Shown one piece after another: positions 29,396 to 38,656 of a stretch of 64,000 nucleotides of DNA (its first letter is position 1; each line of letters starts with the position of its first letter). A model generated the notes under the pieces. It saw only the letters and a list, made by a program, of their open reading frames with translations, did no database searches and was not told where the DNA came from. Location of the stretch: the NCBI GenBank assembly GCA_022749845.1, contig JAKIWX010000001.1, positions 12,387 to 76,386 of the forward strand. Direction: 5' to 3'. This DNA is from Thermoplasmata archaeon (GTDB lineage Archaea > Thermoplasmatota > Thermoplasmata > Lutacidiplasmatales > UBA184). The translations under genes and the position numbers were made by a program.

Positions 29396-30112
29396 CTAGG
29401 CCCCGCCGAGCGGTCGGTTCCACTCTCGGACGATCGTCTCGCCCTCGGGCGTGATGGTTAGGCCGTCCGGTCCGCCCCGGTCGACCACGAGCCCCGTCTT
29501 GAGCGCCCACTCGAGGCTCTCGCGAAGCGCGACGGGAATCTTTTCCGTGCTCCCGAAGATGAAGAGCTGGAGGAGGCGAGCTGCCGGCTCACGCGACGCG
29601 GAGAGCGCAACGTGCGTGTGGTGTCGGCCGAGCTCCCTCAGCGTCCCGGGGGCGATCTCCGGCGGGATGCGACGAAGGTCGTACGGGCACAGGAAACGGG
29701 AGTGGTCGCGGGGCTGGTCCTGGAACCACGACTCGTACTCGAGGTGGTCCGGGACGTTCTCGGGGGCCCAGTACTGGGTGATCGTCTCGGCGGCACCGCT
29801 CACTCCCTCCGGGTGCGCCCCGACGAACTCGAGCACCTCATCGGCGGGCCGGAGTCGGTCCTCGATCCACCGGACCTGCGGCCCGGGCAGGATGAAAACG
29901 CAGCCCACGTGGTCGGGGGATCGGCGGGCGAGCTCCTCGGAGTAGTAGTCCTTGAGCGTAGGCTCGCCGACCCAGTACGAGGCGGCCTGACCGTCCGGTG
30001 CCCCGGCCAGGAAATCCACGGCCTGGTCCTTCGCCTCGTCGCGGCTAGCGTGGAAGCTTACGCAGTGTGAGCCGAGCCCGAGGTGAGCCAGGTCCTCCAC
30101 CACCTCTACCAT
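29396..30112 (-). CDS. MEDS-domain protein with a C-terminal winged-helix-like segment (DcmR-like sensor/regulator).
   Basis: 'SHCVSFHASRDEAKDQAVDFLAGA...HVGCVFIL' fits the MEDS signature. Start at the internal Met 'MVEVVEDL' (30112); the upstream part of the ORF is Arg-rich junk. Confidence 0.55.
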   Translation of the reverse strand: MVEVVEDLAHLGLGSHCVSFHASRDEAKDQAVDFLAGAPDGQAASYWVGEPTLKDYYSEELARRSPDHVGCVFILPGPQVRWIEDRLRPADEVLEFVGAHPEGVSGAAETITQYWAPENVPDHLEYESWFQDQPRDHSRFLCPYDLRRIPPEIAPGTLRELGRHHTHVALSASREPAARLLQLFIFGSTEKIPVALRESLEWALKTGLVVDRGGPDGLTITPEGETIVREWNRPLGGA

Positions 30113-30204
30113 GGCGTCGAGGCAGTACGTACGCGCGGGTCTGGGCGATAAAGGCAGCGCTGGTGGATGCCCGGCCCAGCCCAGTCGACGCTCCGCTCCC
30201 TGGC

Positions 30205-30996
30205 CTACGTGCGTTGGAGTTCCCCGCCCGGCGGAAGAAGTTCTCGGATCCGAGTACCTGCTTCGGCTAAGGTAGCGACAGTTAGCGTTGGGCCCGCCTC
30301 TTCCGGTGGACTCGAGGCGAACAGCTTCCTGTACTTGGGTCCGTACGCATCGAGACCCGTGTAGAGAATGGCTCCCCGATAGCCGGCACGGCGGGCGCCG
30401 TCCAGGTCGGCCTGTCCGTCCCCAACATGCACGGCTGCCTCGGGTGTCGAGTCGAGCTGGGCCAGGGCGTGCAGGAAGATCTCGGGAGCGGGCTTCGCCC
30501 ACGGGAGCTCGTCGCTGAACACGAACTTCTCCACGAGCCTTCGAATTCCCATGCGTTCGAGCAGCGGCAGCAGGAAAGCTCCGGGCTCGCCGACGGTGTT
30601 CGAAATGACCGCGAGCCGGTAGCCGCTCGCGAGGAGGCCCTCGAGGAGCTCGACGGCGCCGGGAGCTGCGCGAAACGGCGTCCACTCGACGAGTGCTCGA
30701 AGTTCGGTAAGGTATCGAGTTGGGTCGGTGTCTCTCGAGCAGTCCACCGCGGCCGCGGCGAACTGTGCCGCGGGCGAAACGGATCGGCCGTTGCTGGCAG
30801 CTTCGATGGCTCCAGCGTAGGCACGCTCGAAGGCCTCACGCAAGGCGTTCTCCTCCTTCGGCGCAGCGCTGTCCAAGCGCTTCGCTTCCCCGAGGGCTGA
30901 CGTCCCGAGTTCGACCTGGTCCGCCATGTAATGCTCCTCCTCCTCCGGGGAGAGGTAGACAAGCGTGTGCCAGAGGTCGAAAGTCACGGCAGCCAT
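30205..30996 (-). CDS. HAD-superfamily hydrolase (phosphatase-like).
   Basis: Motif I 'VTFDLWHTLV', motif III/IV 'VISNT ... HVGDGQADLDGARRAGY'. Start at the internal Met 'MAAVTFDL'. Confidence 0.75.
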   Translation of the reverse strand: MAAVTFDLWHTLVYLSPEEEEHYMADQVELGTSALGEAKRLDSAAPKEENALREAFERAYAGAIEAASNGRSVSPAAQFAAAAVDCSRDTDPTRYLTELRALVEWTPFRAAPGAVELLEGLLASGYRLAVISNTVGEPGAFLLPLLERMGIRRLVEKFVFSDELPWAKPAPEIFLHALAQLDSTPEAAVHVGDGQADLDGARRAGYRGAILYTGLDAYGPKYRKLFASSPPEEAGPTLTVATLAEAGTRIRELLPPGGELQRT

Positions 30997-31347
30997 TGGG
31001 GCGCGAACCAATCGCGGGGCGGCATAACGGTCCCCCAGGGGGCCCGAGTCCTCGGTGCGGGGTGCCCGCGCCTCCCCCGTTCGATCTGCGCCGCCATCGA
31101 CGCACGCGACGGCCCGTCCTACACGCCTTCCCCGTCGACCGCCGAGCCTTGCTCGCACCGGGTAGAGCTACATGCAGAGGAAGGAAGGCAAAACGCATCC
31201 TGCGTGCGGGAAGCGCCGAGCCGAAGGTCCAGCACGGAGGCAGGCAGCCGCGCCTTCGACCGTGGCGAGCAGCCGTTCACGCGACTCGGCTTTCGCACGC
31301 CGCCGCTGAGCGACTGAGAATCCGCCTCCTTTACGGAGGCTGATAAC

Positions 31348-34300
31348 GTGGGAGAGTGGATTCCAGGCCCCGTGGACATGGGCCCGATCTATCTCAGCGA
31401 CTCGGCAGTCAGCTCAGTAGACTCGCTGGACTCCGATCGGTCAGGCTCGATGGCGCCTGGGCGGCCTAGGTCACGGCTAGCCGTCAACGCCGAGCTTGTG
31501 CGCGCGCGCTCGGTCCACTCCACCCGCCGGAGCGAGAGGCGGCGAGGAACGTGGGTGGTGGCGCTGGTCGGGCTCTTGGCTCTCTCGCTAGGTCTCGACC
31601 CAATCGTGGTCGCTCAGCCCATGAACGGTTCGACCGGGCCATCGGCTCCGGCTCGTGCGCCCGTGCTGGGCTCCGCGAGCATCGCTTTGGCCGACGCCGC
31701 GTCCAACCTGGAGCGTGGAGCCGGCCCCGCACGCGGAGTGCCGACGACGTGTACGGCGGTCAGCGCAGCCACGAGCGACTGCACCCGGGGCGCAGGCGCC
31801 CAACCCCTTGGCCCCCGAACAGCGGCGACGTGGCGCGAGGTCCCATCCGCATCGCCCCCCGGTGGGGGCCTCCTCCTCTACGACGGGGCCGCATCCGAGG
31901 TGCTCTACCTTTTTGTCGCGCCGGGCGGGGCGGTCGAAACCTGGAGTTACTCCAACGGTTCTTTCCAGGATCTTGCCCCCGCGGTGTCTCCCGACGGAAT
32001 CGGCTACGCGACCTACGACTCCACCGATGGGTACGTGCTCATGTTCGTGAGTTCCAACAGCCAGACCAACGCGCCGGAGGCGGAGACCTGGATCTTCACC
32101 TCCAACAGCTGGTCCATGCTCACCCCTGCGTTCGGGCCGGCGAGCACGCAGGGGGGGTATCTTGCCGACGACCCTGGCGATCGGTACGTGCTCATGTGGG
32201 GTCCGGCCAACGCCTCTGCGTTCACCAACCGATCGGACACCTGGAGCTACTCCGCCGGAGCCTGGCACCTGCTCACTCCCTCGGTCGCACCGCCGTACGT
32301 CAACGACGCCGGCTTTGCGTACGACTCGACGGCCGGCGCGGACCTCCTCTTCGGAGGCGACACGGTGATCGGTCAAGTCCGCCAGAGTACGACGTGGTCC
32401 TACTCCGGTGGGGCTTGGGTCAACCTCACGACCTCCCACGCGCCTCCCCCGCGCTACGCCGCTACCTTCACCGACGACCCGTCGATCGGCGGCGTTCTCC
32501 TGTTTGGAGGGCTAGGTTCGAACAATCCGCCCGAGCTCAACGATACATGGGCGTTCAACGCCACCGGGTGGACCAAGGTGAGCCCTCCCCGTTCCCCCCA
32601 GCCGCGCGCGCTCGCGCCGGCCACCTTCGATCGGGCGGATGGCTACGTGTTCATGTACTCCGGCGAGAACGTTTCCGGGGACTACCTCAAACGAGACGCG
32701 TGGGGGTTCAGTTCCGGAAACTGGACTCCGGTCGACCCCACCCCGCCTCGTCTGGCCGAAGCATCGTTAGTGTTCGACCCGCTAGACAACGCCGTGGTCC
32801 TCTTCGGCGGCCTCGGCTGTCCTGGGGTCGGTGTATGTTCCTCCGGGACCCGGAACGAGACGTGGGAGTACTCCGGGGGAACATGGACCCAACTTCGGCC
32901 AGCGACAGCCCCGTCCTTTCGGAACGGGGCGGGGATCGCGTTCGACGCGGCGGATCGGTACGTCCTCCTGTTCGGAGGGGGAAACACCTCCACGGGGGCG
33001 GTGCTGAACGACACCTGGAACTTCTCCGGCGGGAACTGGAACCGAATCGCGACGAGCCCTTCCCCTCCGCCGCGGCTCGAGCCGGCGATGACGTACGATT
33101 CGGAGGACAGCATCGTGCTCCTGTTCGGTGGGTTCGCCGCAGCGAGCACCTTGCTCTCCGACACCTGGGAGTTTGCTGCCGGCCACTGGTCGCACCTCAC
33201 CCCCGCGCTCTCTCCCTTCGGGCGCGCATCGGCGGGGATGGTGGACGACCGCGCCGACCGGGGCGTACTCCTCTTCGGCGGGATCGGCCACCCAGGCGCG
33301 TCGTACATCGCCCTCAACGACACGTGGAGCTTCGCCGCCGGGAACTGGACCGAATCCCTGCCGGTGGTGGCCCCCTCGGCCCGGTACAGCTTCGCGATGA
33401 GCTACGATGCGAGCCAGCAGCTGGTCCTCCTGTGGGGCGGTGTGCTCCAGAGCGCCGGAGTCTCGGGCGAAACTTGGGAGTTCCACTCGGGCGCCTGGAC
33501 CGAACTGTATCCCCCCGCATCGCCGATCGCAGCTAGCGGGGTCGCCATGACCTTCGACGACCGGGACGCGTACTCGTTGATGGTCGGGGACGGTCTGAAC
33601 GGTTTCGGCCAGGGCGCAGCTTGGGCGCTAGAGTTCACAGGGCTGCCCCGCATCAACGCCTCGGCCCTCCCGGCCGTCGGAGTCGCGCCGCTGATGGTGC
33701 ATTTCTCCGCCACGGTAGCTGGTGGCCTGCCGCCGTACAAGCTCACGTGGAGTTTCGGAGACGGGTCCAATTCGAGCGCCCTCCAGCCCGCGCACAGGTA
33801 TGCCAACCCGGGCTACTACAACGCGAGTCTCGGAGTAATCGATGCACTCGGGGTATCCAATCGCTCGAACCTCTCGCTCCGGGTGTTCGGACTTCCGATG
33901 CTCGCGCCCGTCGCCACCCCTTCCGCGGCGGTGGTCCCCGCGTCGATCACCTTCCTCGCAGGGGCGAGCTCGGGCGACCCACCGTACCACTATGCCTGGA
34001 GCTTTGGCGACGGGACGAGCTCCAACGCCTCCTCCCCTTCGCACACCTATCTGTTGGCGGGCGAGTTTAGTGTCAATCTCACGCTGACCGACGGCCAGGG
34101 TAGCCGGGCCTCCGCGTCGGTGCTCGTCACGCTGGTCCTTCCACTCTCCACCACGCTCACCGTCTCGCTCCTGTACGGGGTGGCCCCGCTCGACGTCCAT
34201 TGCTCGGCACTTCCCGCCGGGGGTTTCCCCCCGTACAGCTACAGCTGGAACTTCGGCGATGGCTCCGCTCCCGCCGCGGGACCGTCGAAGGTGCACACCT

Positions 34301-35049
34301 TCTCCACGCCGGGGACGTTCGATGTCCAACTCCTCGTGAAAGACGGCGCCGGCCACTCGGCCCGAGCGAATCGGACGGTCGCGGTGTTCCAACCTCTCGT
34401 TGTTGCCATCGGGAGTTCTACCGCGAGGGGGTCGGCTCCGCTCTCCGTTCAATTCACCGCTCACCCTTCCAGAGGATTGACCCCGTACCAATACGCGTGG
34501 TCGTTTGGCGACGGGAATTCGAGCACGCTACCGACCCCGACGGAGAAGTTTACGAGAACCGGGACATTCGCGGTCCAGCTCAACGTGACGGACGGGGCGG
34601 GGGAGATCGGGAGGGCGAATCTGAGCGTGATCGTGGAGTCGGTCCAGCCCGGGGGAAACTCGAACGGCGGCGGTGGACCGTCTGGGCCGGGTCTTCTCGA
34701 GGCGACCATTGCCGCTGTGGCCGTGCTGGGCGCGGCCGTCGTGGGCATCGTACTGCTGCGGCGAAGGCGGCAACGCCGCGACGGTGGAAGCTCCGAGACG
34801 GCGCTCCTCGAGGTGGAGCTACCCGCCGGAGGGAGCCTTGCGCTTCCTCCCGTAGAGAAGGACCGGGCCGAGACCAAGGGCGACCTCTCCCGCCCCGACG
34901 AGCAGCGTAGGAAATCAGCCCGAGGGGCTCCGCCGACCGAACTCGGAGCCGGAACGAGGGGGCCGGCTGCGCTCGGCCCAACATGTTTCAACCGTTTCGA
35001 TAGCGCCTCAGCGTCGAGCGTCAGGCAGAGCGTCCCAAACCCGTGCTAA
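31348..35049 (+). CDS. Large cell-surface protein: signal/TM, Kelch-type beta-propeller repeats, four PKD domains, a C-terminal TM anchor and a charged cytoplasmic tail.
   Basis: Repeated 'TWSYS(A/G)GAW..LTP', 'LLFGG', 'DTWSF' Kelch-like blades. Four 'W(S/N)FGDGS...' PKD motifs. TM 'IAAVAVLGAAVVGIVLL' followed by 'RRRRQRR'. Confidence 0.7.
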   Translation: MGEWIPGPVDMGPIYLSDSAVSSVDSLDSDRSGSMAPGRPRSRLAVNAELVRARSVHSTRRSERRRGTWVVALVGLLALSLGLDPIVVAQPMNGSTGPSAPARAPVLGSASIALADAASNLERGAGPARGVPTTCTAVSAATSDCTRGAGAQPLGPRTAATWREVPSASPPGGGLLLYDGAASEVLYLFVAPGGAVETWSYSNGSFQDLAPAVSPDGIGYATYDSTDGYVLMFVSSNSQTNAPEAETWIFTSNSWSMLTPAFGPASTQGGYLADDPGDRYVLMWGPANASAFTNRSDTWSYSAGAWHLLTPSVAPPYVNDAGFAYDSTAGADLLFGGDTVIGQVRQSTTWSYSGGAWVNLTTSHAPPPRYAATFTDDPSIGGVLLFGGLGSNNPPELNDTWAFNATGWTKVSPPRSPQPRALAPATFDRADGYVFMYSGENVSGDYLKRDAWGFSSGNWTPVDPTPPRLAEASLVFDPLDNAVVLFGGLGCPGVGVCSSGTRNETWEYSGGTWTQLRPATAPSFRNGAGIAFDAADRYVLLFGGGNTSTGAVLNDTWNFSGGNWNRIATSPSPPPRLEPAMTYDSEDSIVLLFGGFAAASTLLSDTWEFAAGHWSHLTPALSPFGRASAGMVDDRADRGVLLFGGIGHPGASYIALNDTWSFAAGNWTESLPVVAPSARYSFAMSYDASQQLVLLWGGVLQSAGVSGETWEFHSGAWTELYPPASPIAASGVAMTFDDRDAYSLMVGDGLNGFGQGAAWALEFTGLPRINASALPAVGVAPLMVHFSATVAGGLPPYKLTWSFGDGSNSSALQPAHRYANPGYYNASLGVIDALGVSNRSNLSLRVFGLPMLAPVATPSAAVVPASITFLAGASSGDPPYHYAWSFGDGTSSNASSPSHTYLLAGEFSVNLTLTDGQGSRASASVLVTLVLPLSTTLTVSLLYGVAPLDVHCSALPAGGFPPYSYSWNFGDGSAPAAGPSKVHTFSTPGTFDVQLLVKDGAGHSARANRTVAVFQPLVVAIGSSTARGSAPLSVQFTAHPSRGLTPYQYAWSFGDGNSSTLPTPTEKFTRTGTFAVQLNVTDGAGEIGRANLSVIVESVQPGGNSNGGGGPSGPGLLEATIAAVAVLGAAVVGIVLLRRRRQRRDGGSSETALLEVELPAGGSLALPPVEKDRAETKGDLSRPDEQRRKSARGAPPTELGAGTRGPAALGPTCFNRFDSASASSVRQSVPNPC

Positions 35050-35104
35050 GCCGAGACAGGGTGTAGCATGTGTATGGACACGGGGTACATTCGCCGGACC
35101 AAGG

Positions 35105-35111
35105 TATATAA
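35105..35111 (+). promoter_or_regulatory. Strong TATA box (GGTATATAAGG) upstream of tfb.
   Basis: About 35 nt upstream of ATG 35143; a purine-rich BRE-like element lies just 5' of it. Confidence 0.6.
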
Positions 35112-35142
35112 GGGGGTAGACCTTGCCGCTTATAGGATTTCT

Positions 35143-36207
35143 ATGAAGCAAAATGCACCTTCCGGCCGCATGGAGGCCGACGTGAGCGCGATGGCCTCGC
35201 CCGTCGCTGAAGTCTGCCCGGAGTGCGGATCCACCCATCTCACCCGCGACGACGTTCGAGGAGAGATCGTCTGCGCGGACTGCGGGCTCGTCGTCGATGC
35301 TAGCGCGCTCGTTTCCGATCGGGGACAGCGCGGCAGCAAGGAGGACACGGGACGCGAGGCTCGAGGCTGGGGACCCGTCATCTCCCCCCTGATGCCCGAC
35401 AAGGGCCTGTTCAGCGAGATTGGAGTCCCCACCCGCGACTTCCAGGGGAACTCGCTCTCCCGCAACACCTCCCTCAAGTTCTACCACCTGCGCAAGCTCA
35501 ACCACCGCCTTCGCGCCGCGCGCACCCATCAACGCAACCTCGTGGTCGCGCTGGGGGAGCTCAACCGGCTCGCGGGTGTGCTCGGCCTCTCGCGGGAGGT
35601 CAAGGAGTCGGCGACGTACATCTACCGCCGTGCGCTCGAGCACAAGGCAACGCGGGGCAAGAAGATCGTCGCGCTCGTCGCGGCGAGCGTCTACGCCGCC
35701 TGCCGTCAGTGCCACGTGCCGCGGACGATGAAGGAGATCATCGCCCACTCGAAGGCGACCAAGATCGAAGTCGGCCGGGCGTACACGCTGCTCGCCCGCG
35801 AGCTCAAGCTCGGTCTCAAGCCGGTCGAGCCGCGCGACTACCTCGTCCGGTTCACGCAGGACCTGAACCTCTCGAAGGAGGTGCGGGCGAAGGTGCTCGA
35901 CCTTCTCGAGCAGGTGGAGCAGGTGTACTCGACGAGCGGGGTGCTCCCCAACGGGATCCTCGCCACGATCATCTACATCGCGTCGAACCTGATGGGCGAG
36001 CCGCGCAGCCAGGACCGGATCGCCGCCGTGGCGAACGTGACCCCGGTGACCATCCGGAACCACTACAAGGAGCTCCTCGACCTGCTGGGCCTGCCGAAGA
36101 ACCTCGCGAACCCCCAGGCGCGCGGGGTCCTTCCCCCCGGGGCGGGCACCCTCGCCCGTCCGACCGTGGTGAAGGCGGCGGAGCCCGGCATCCCGGTCGA
36201 CGCCTAG
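35143..36207 (+). CDS. tfb: Transcription initiation factor IIB (TFB).
   Basis: Zinc ribbon 'CPECGSTHLTRDDVRGEIVCADCGLVVD'; two cyclin-fold repeats ('RNLVVALGELNRLAGVLGL...', 'ILATIIYIASNLMGEPRSQDRIA'). Start at 'MKQNAPSG', downstream of the TATA. Confidence 0.9.
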   Translation: MKQNAPSGRMEADVSAMASPVAEVCPECGSTHLTRDDVRGEIVCADCGLVVDASALVSDRGQRGSKEDTGREARGWGPVISPLMPDKGLFSEIGVPTRDFQGNSLSRNTSLKFYHLRKLNHRLRAARTHQRNLVVALGELNRLAGVLGLSREVKESATYIYRRALEHKATRGKKIVALVAASVYAACRQCHVPRTMKEIIAHSKATKIEVGRAYTLLARELKLGLKPVEPRDYLVRFTQDLNLSKEVRAKVLDLLEQVEQVYSTSGVLPNGILATIIYIASNLMGEPRSQDRIAAVANVTPVTIRNHYKELLDLLGLPKNLANPQARGVLPPGAGTLARPTVVKAAEPGIPVDA

Positions 36208-36259
36208 CGCGCACCCGCTCCATCGGGAGCGGTTAACTCCCGGCGCGAACTCCGGGGCC

Positions 36260-37417
36260 GTGGGCACGCTCCCGACGCTCAGCTACTCGTCGATCCGCAC
36301 CTACCTCGAGTGCCCGCTCCGCTGGAAGTTCCTCTACATCGACCGGCTCTCCGAGGCGCCCCGCGGGTACTTCTCGTTCGGCCGCACCGTCCACTCCGTG
36401 CTCGAGGAGCTCCTCCAACCGTTCGTCCAACCGACCTCCCGGCGCGCCGGAGGTAGTACCCAGTTCACCCTCGAGGAGTTCGGCGCGGGTCGCAGCGGCC
36501 CTGGCCAGCCCCTCGACCCCGAGGGAATGCTCGCGCTCTACGACCGTCTCTGGGTTTCGGAGGGGTACGAAACCCCCGAGGAGGAGGAGCGCTACCGCAC
36601 GCTCGGTCGGTCCCTCCTGCTCCGCTACCACCGCGAGATAACGACCCAGCCCCCGACACCGGTCGCGGTCGAGGCGCACCTCGAGACCACCTGGGATGGG
36701 GTCGCCGTCCACGGCTACGTCGACCGGATCGACCTCACCCCTTCGGGCGGCCTCGAGGTGCTCGACTACAAGACAGGCCGCGGCCTCACCTCGCGCGACG
36801 CGCTCACCTCCGATCAGCTCGGGCTGTACCAAGTGCTCGTCGAACGGAACTACCCGTACCCGGTCGAGCGGCTCGCGCTCATCGACCTGCGCGGAGGCTC
36901 CCACCTCGTTTCCCCCCCGCGGCCGCCCGAGGCGCTCGCCACGCTCCGGAGGTCGGTGGGAGAGGTAGCCGACGGCATCCGCGAGGAGGAGTACGGGCCG
37001 ACGCCGGGTCGGGTGTGCACGAGGTGCGAGTTCCAGGACCGATGCCCCGAGTTTCGCCAGGTCCCGGCCGAGGAGCGGGCCGCACTTGCGACGCTCGTGG
37101 ACCGGTTCGCCGAGCTCCGCGAGGTCGAACGGGGACTCGGGCAGGAGCTCTCGGCCACCGCTCGGACGCTGCACGCCGAGGCCGAGCGGCTCGGGGTGCA
37201 CCGGATCCCGGGTGCGCGAGGCGTTGCGATTCGCCGACGTGAGACGAAGGAGGAAGCAGCTCAGGCGTCGAAGGGCAGCCCGCTCTCCCCTGCCGAGCCG
37301 TCCCGTCGGGTACGTTGGTACTGGGAGGTCGAGTCCGCGCCCGCGGAGCCGTCGGCCCGGCGAAAGGAGACCGCTCCTGGCCGTGAGACGCCGGCGGAGG
37401 AAACTCCCCCTTCGTAG
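36260..37417 (+). CDS. Cas4-like / RecB-family PD-(D/E)XK nuclease with a Fe-S Cys cluster (stand-alone; no cas neighbourhood).
   Basis: N-terminal 'YSSIRTYLECPLRWKFLY'; catalytic 'GYVDRIDL...LEVLDYKTG'; C-terminal 'CTRCEFQDRCPEF' (C-x2-C-x5-C). Confidence 0.7.
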   Translation: MGTLPTLSYSSIRTYLECPLRWKFLYIDRLSEAPRGYFSFGRTVHSVLEELLQPFVQPTSRRAGGSTQFTLEEFGAGRSGPGQPLDPEGMLALYDRLWVSEGYETPEEEERYRTLGRSLLLRYHREITTQPPTPVAVEAHLETTWDGVAVHGYVDRIDLTPSGGLEVLDYKTGRGLTSRDALTSDQLGLYQVLVERNYPYPVERLALIDLRGGSHLVSPPRPPEALATLRRSVGEVADGIREEEYGPTPGRVCTRCEFQDRCPEFRQVPAEERAALATLVDRFAELREVERGLGQELSATARTLHAEAERLGVHRIPGARGVAIRRRETKEEAAQASKGSPLSPAEPSRRVRWYWEVESAPAEPSARRKETAPGRETPAEETPPS

Positions 37418-37501
37418 ACCGGAGGGACCTCGGGCTCGCCCGGATCCCCCCTGGAACCAAGGAGAGTAGCTCACCCGCCGCGCCGTTCGCGCAAAGGCTA
37501 A

Positions 37502-38593
37502 TTGGAGGCGACGGTCGCCCAACTAATGGGGGTGGCTCTCGCCTCGGCGGCACTCGTCGCCCCGCTCAAGCGCCACCCGCCCACCATCGCTACCTACTGT
37601 TCGCACTCCTCCCTCCAGATCTTCCACGGCGCCCGACAGGAGGGATACCGCACTCTCGGGATCGCCGCCGGCAAGCCGCCGCGGTACTACGAGGCGTTCC
37701 CGCTCGCGCGCCCCGACGCGTTCCTGAGCATCCCGAAGCTCGACCAGCTCCCGAAGTACGTCTCCCGGCTCAACCGAGAGCACGCCATCCTCGTCCCCCA
37801 CGGCTCCTTCGTAGAGTACCTGGGCCCCGAGCGGTTCGCCGCGCTTCCGGTACCGGTGTTCGGGAACCGGGCCGTACTCGCGTGGGAGTCGGACCGGGAG
37901 AAGGAGCGGGAATGGCTCGAGGGCGCGGGCGTGCAGATGCCCCGCCGGTACGAGACCGTCGACGACATCGACGGTCCTGCGATCGTGAAGTACTACGGGG
38001 CCAAGGGCGGCAAGGGGTTCATCCTTGCCAAGAACAAGGAGGCGCTTCGCGACTTCCGGCCGACGGGGCCGTTCGTCATCCAGCAGTACGTCCTCGGGAC
38101 GCGCTACTACATCCATTTCTTCTACTCGCCGCTCTCGCGCGACGGCTACCGCGTCGGCCCGGGCTCGCTCGAGCTTCTCGGGATGGACCGGCGCGACGAG
38201 GCGAACATCGACGAGCTCTACAAGCTCGGCGCCCAGGAGGAGCTCCTGGCCGCGGGCATCCGTCCGACGTTCGTGGTGACGGGCAACGTGCCCGTCGTGC
38301 TGCGCGAATCGCTCCTGCCCCAGGTGTTCGACATCGGGGCCCGGATCGTCGAGCGCTCGATCGAACTGTTCGGCGGGATGGTCGGGCCGTTCTGCGTCGA
38401 GGGGATCGTGACGGAGGAGCTCAAGTTCTACGTCTTCGAGATCTCCACCCGCATCGTCGCCGGCACGAACGTCTTCCCCAGCGGGTCGAGCTACGCCGAC
38501 CTCGTGGCGCCGAACCTCTCCATGGGCCGACGGATGGCCATCGAGATCAGCCGAGCCCGCGAGCAGGACCGGCTGCGCGAAGTGCTCAGCTGA
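37502..38593 (+). CDS. purP: 5-formaminoimidazole-4-carboxamide ribonucleotide synthetase (PurP, ATP-grasp), archaeal purine pathway.
   Basis: 'IATYCSHSSLQIFHGARQEGY', 'VPHGSFVEYLG', 'PVFGNRAVLAWESDRE', 'GMDRRDEANID', 'VTGNVPVVLRESLLPQVFDIG', 'GPFCVEG'. Confidence 0.9.
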   Translation: MEATVAQLMGVALASAALVAPLKRHPPTIATYCSHSSLQIFHGARQEGYRTLGIAAGKPPRYYEAFPLARPDAFLSIPKLDQLPKYVSRLNREHAILVPHGSFVEYLGPERFAALPVPVFGNRAVLAWESDREKEREWLEGAGVQMPRRYETVDDIDGPAIVKYYGAKGGKGFILAKNKEALRDFRPTGPFVIQQYVLGTRYYIHFFYSPLSRDGYRVGPGSLELLGMDRRDEANIDELYKLGAQEELLAAGIRPTFVVTGNVPVVLRESLLPQVFDIGARIVERSIELFGGMVGPFCVEGIVTEELKFYVFEISTRIVAGTNVFPSGSSYADLVAPNLSMGRRMAIEISRAREQDRLREVLS

Positions 38594-38656
38594 GATCGAC
38601 CCGCTCGAGGGGCTCGGCCCGACGCACGCGACGGGACCGCGCGAAGAGGTTCGGTC

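Noticed and set aside
29396-30685. Long N-terminal extension (about 190 aa) of the MEDS-domain ORF, and similar extensions on prs (to 50511), the acyl-CoA dehydrogenase ORF (to 45747), GNAT (to 49958) and TFB (from 35068).
   Set aside because: The extensions are Arg/Pro/Gly-rich and overlap neighbouring genes. Canonical family N-termini begin at internal ATG/GTG/TTG codons, which I used instead.
30997-31347. 350-nt divergent spacer with three short ORFs (30836-31198, 30931-31317, 31119-31379).
   Set aside because: All are low-complexity translations. This is most likely the promoter/5' region for the HAD gene and the large surface protein.
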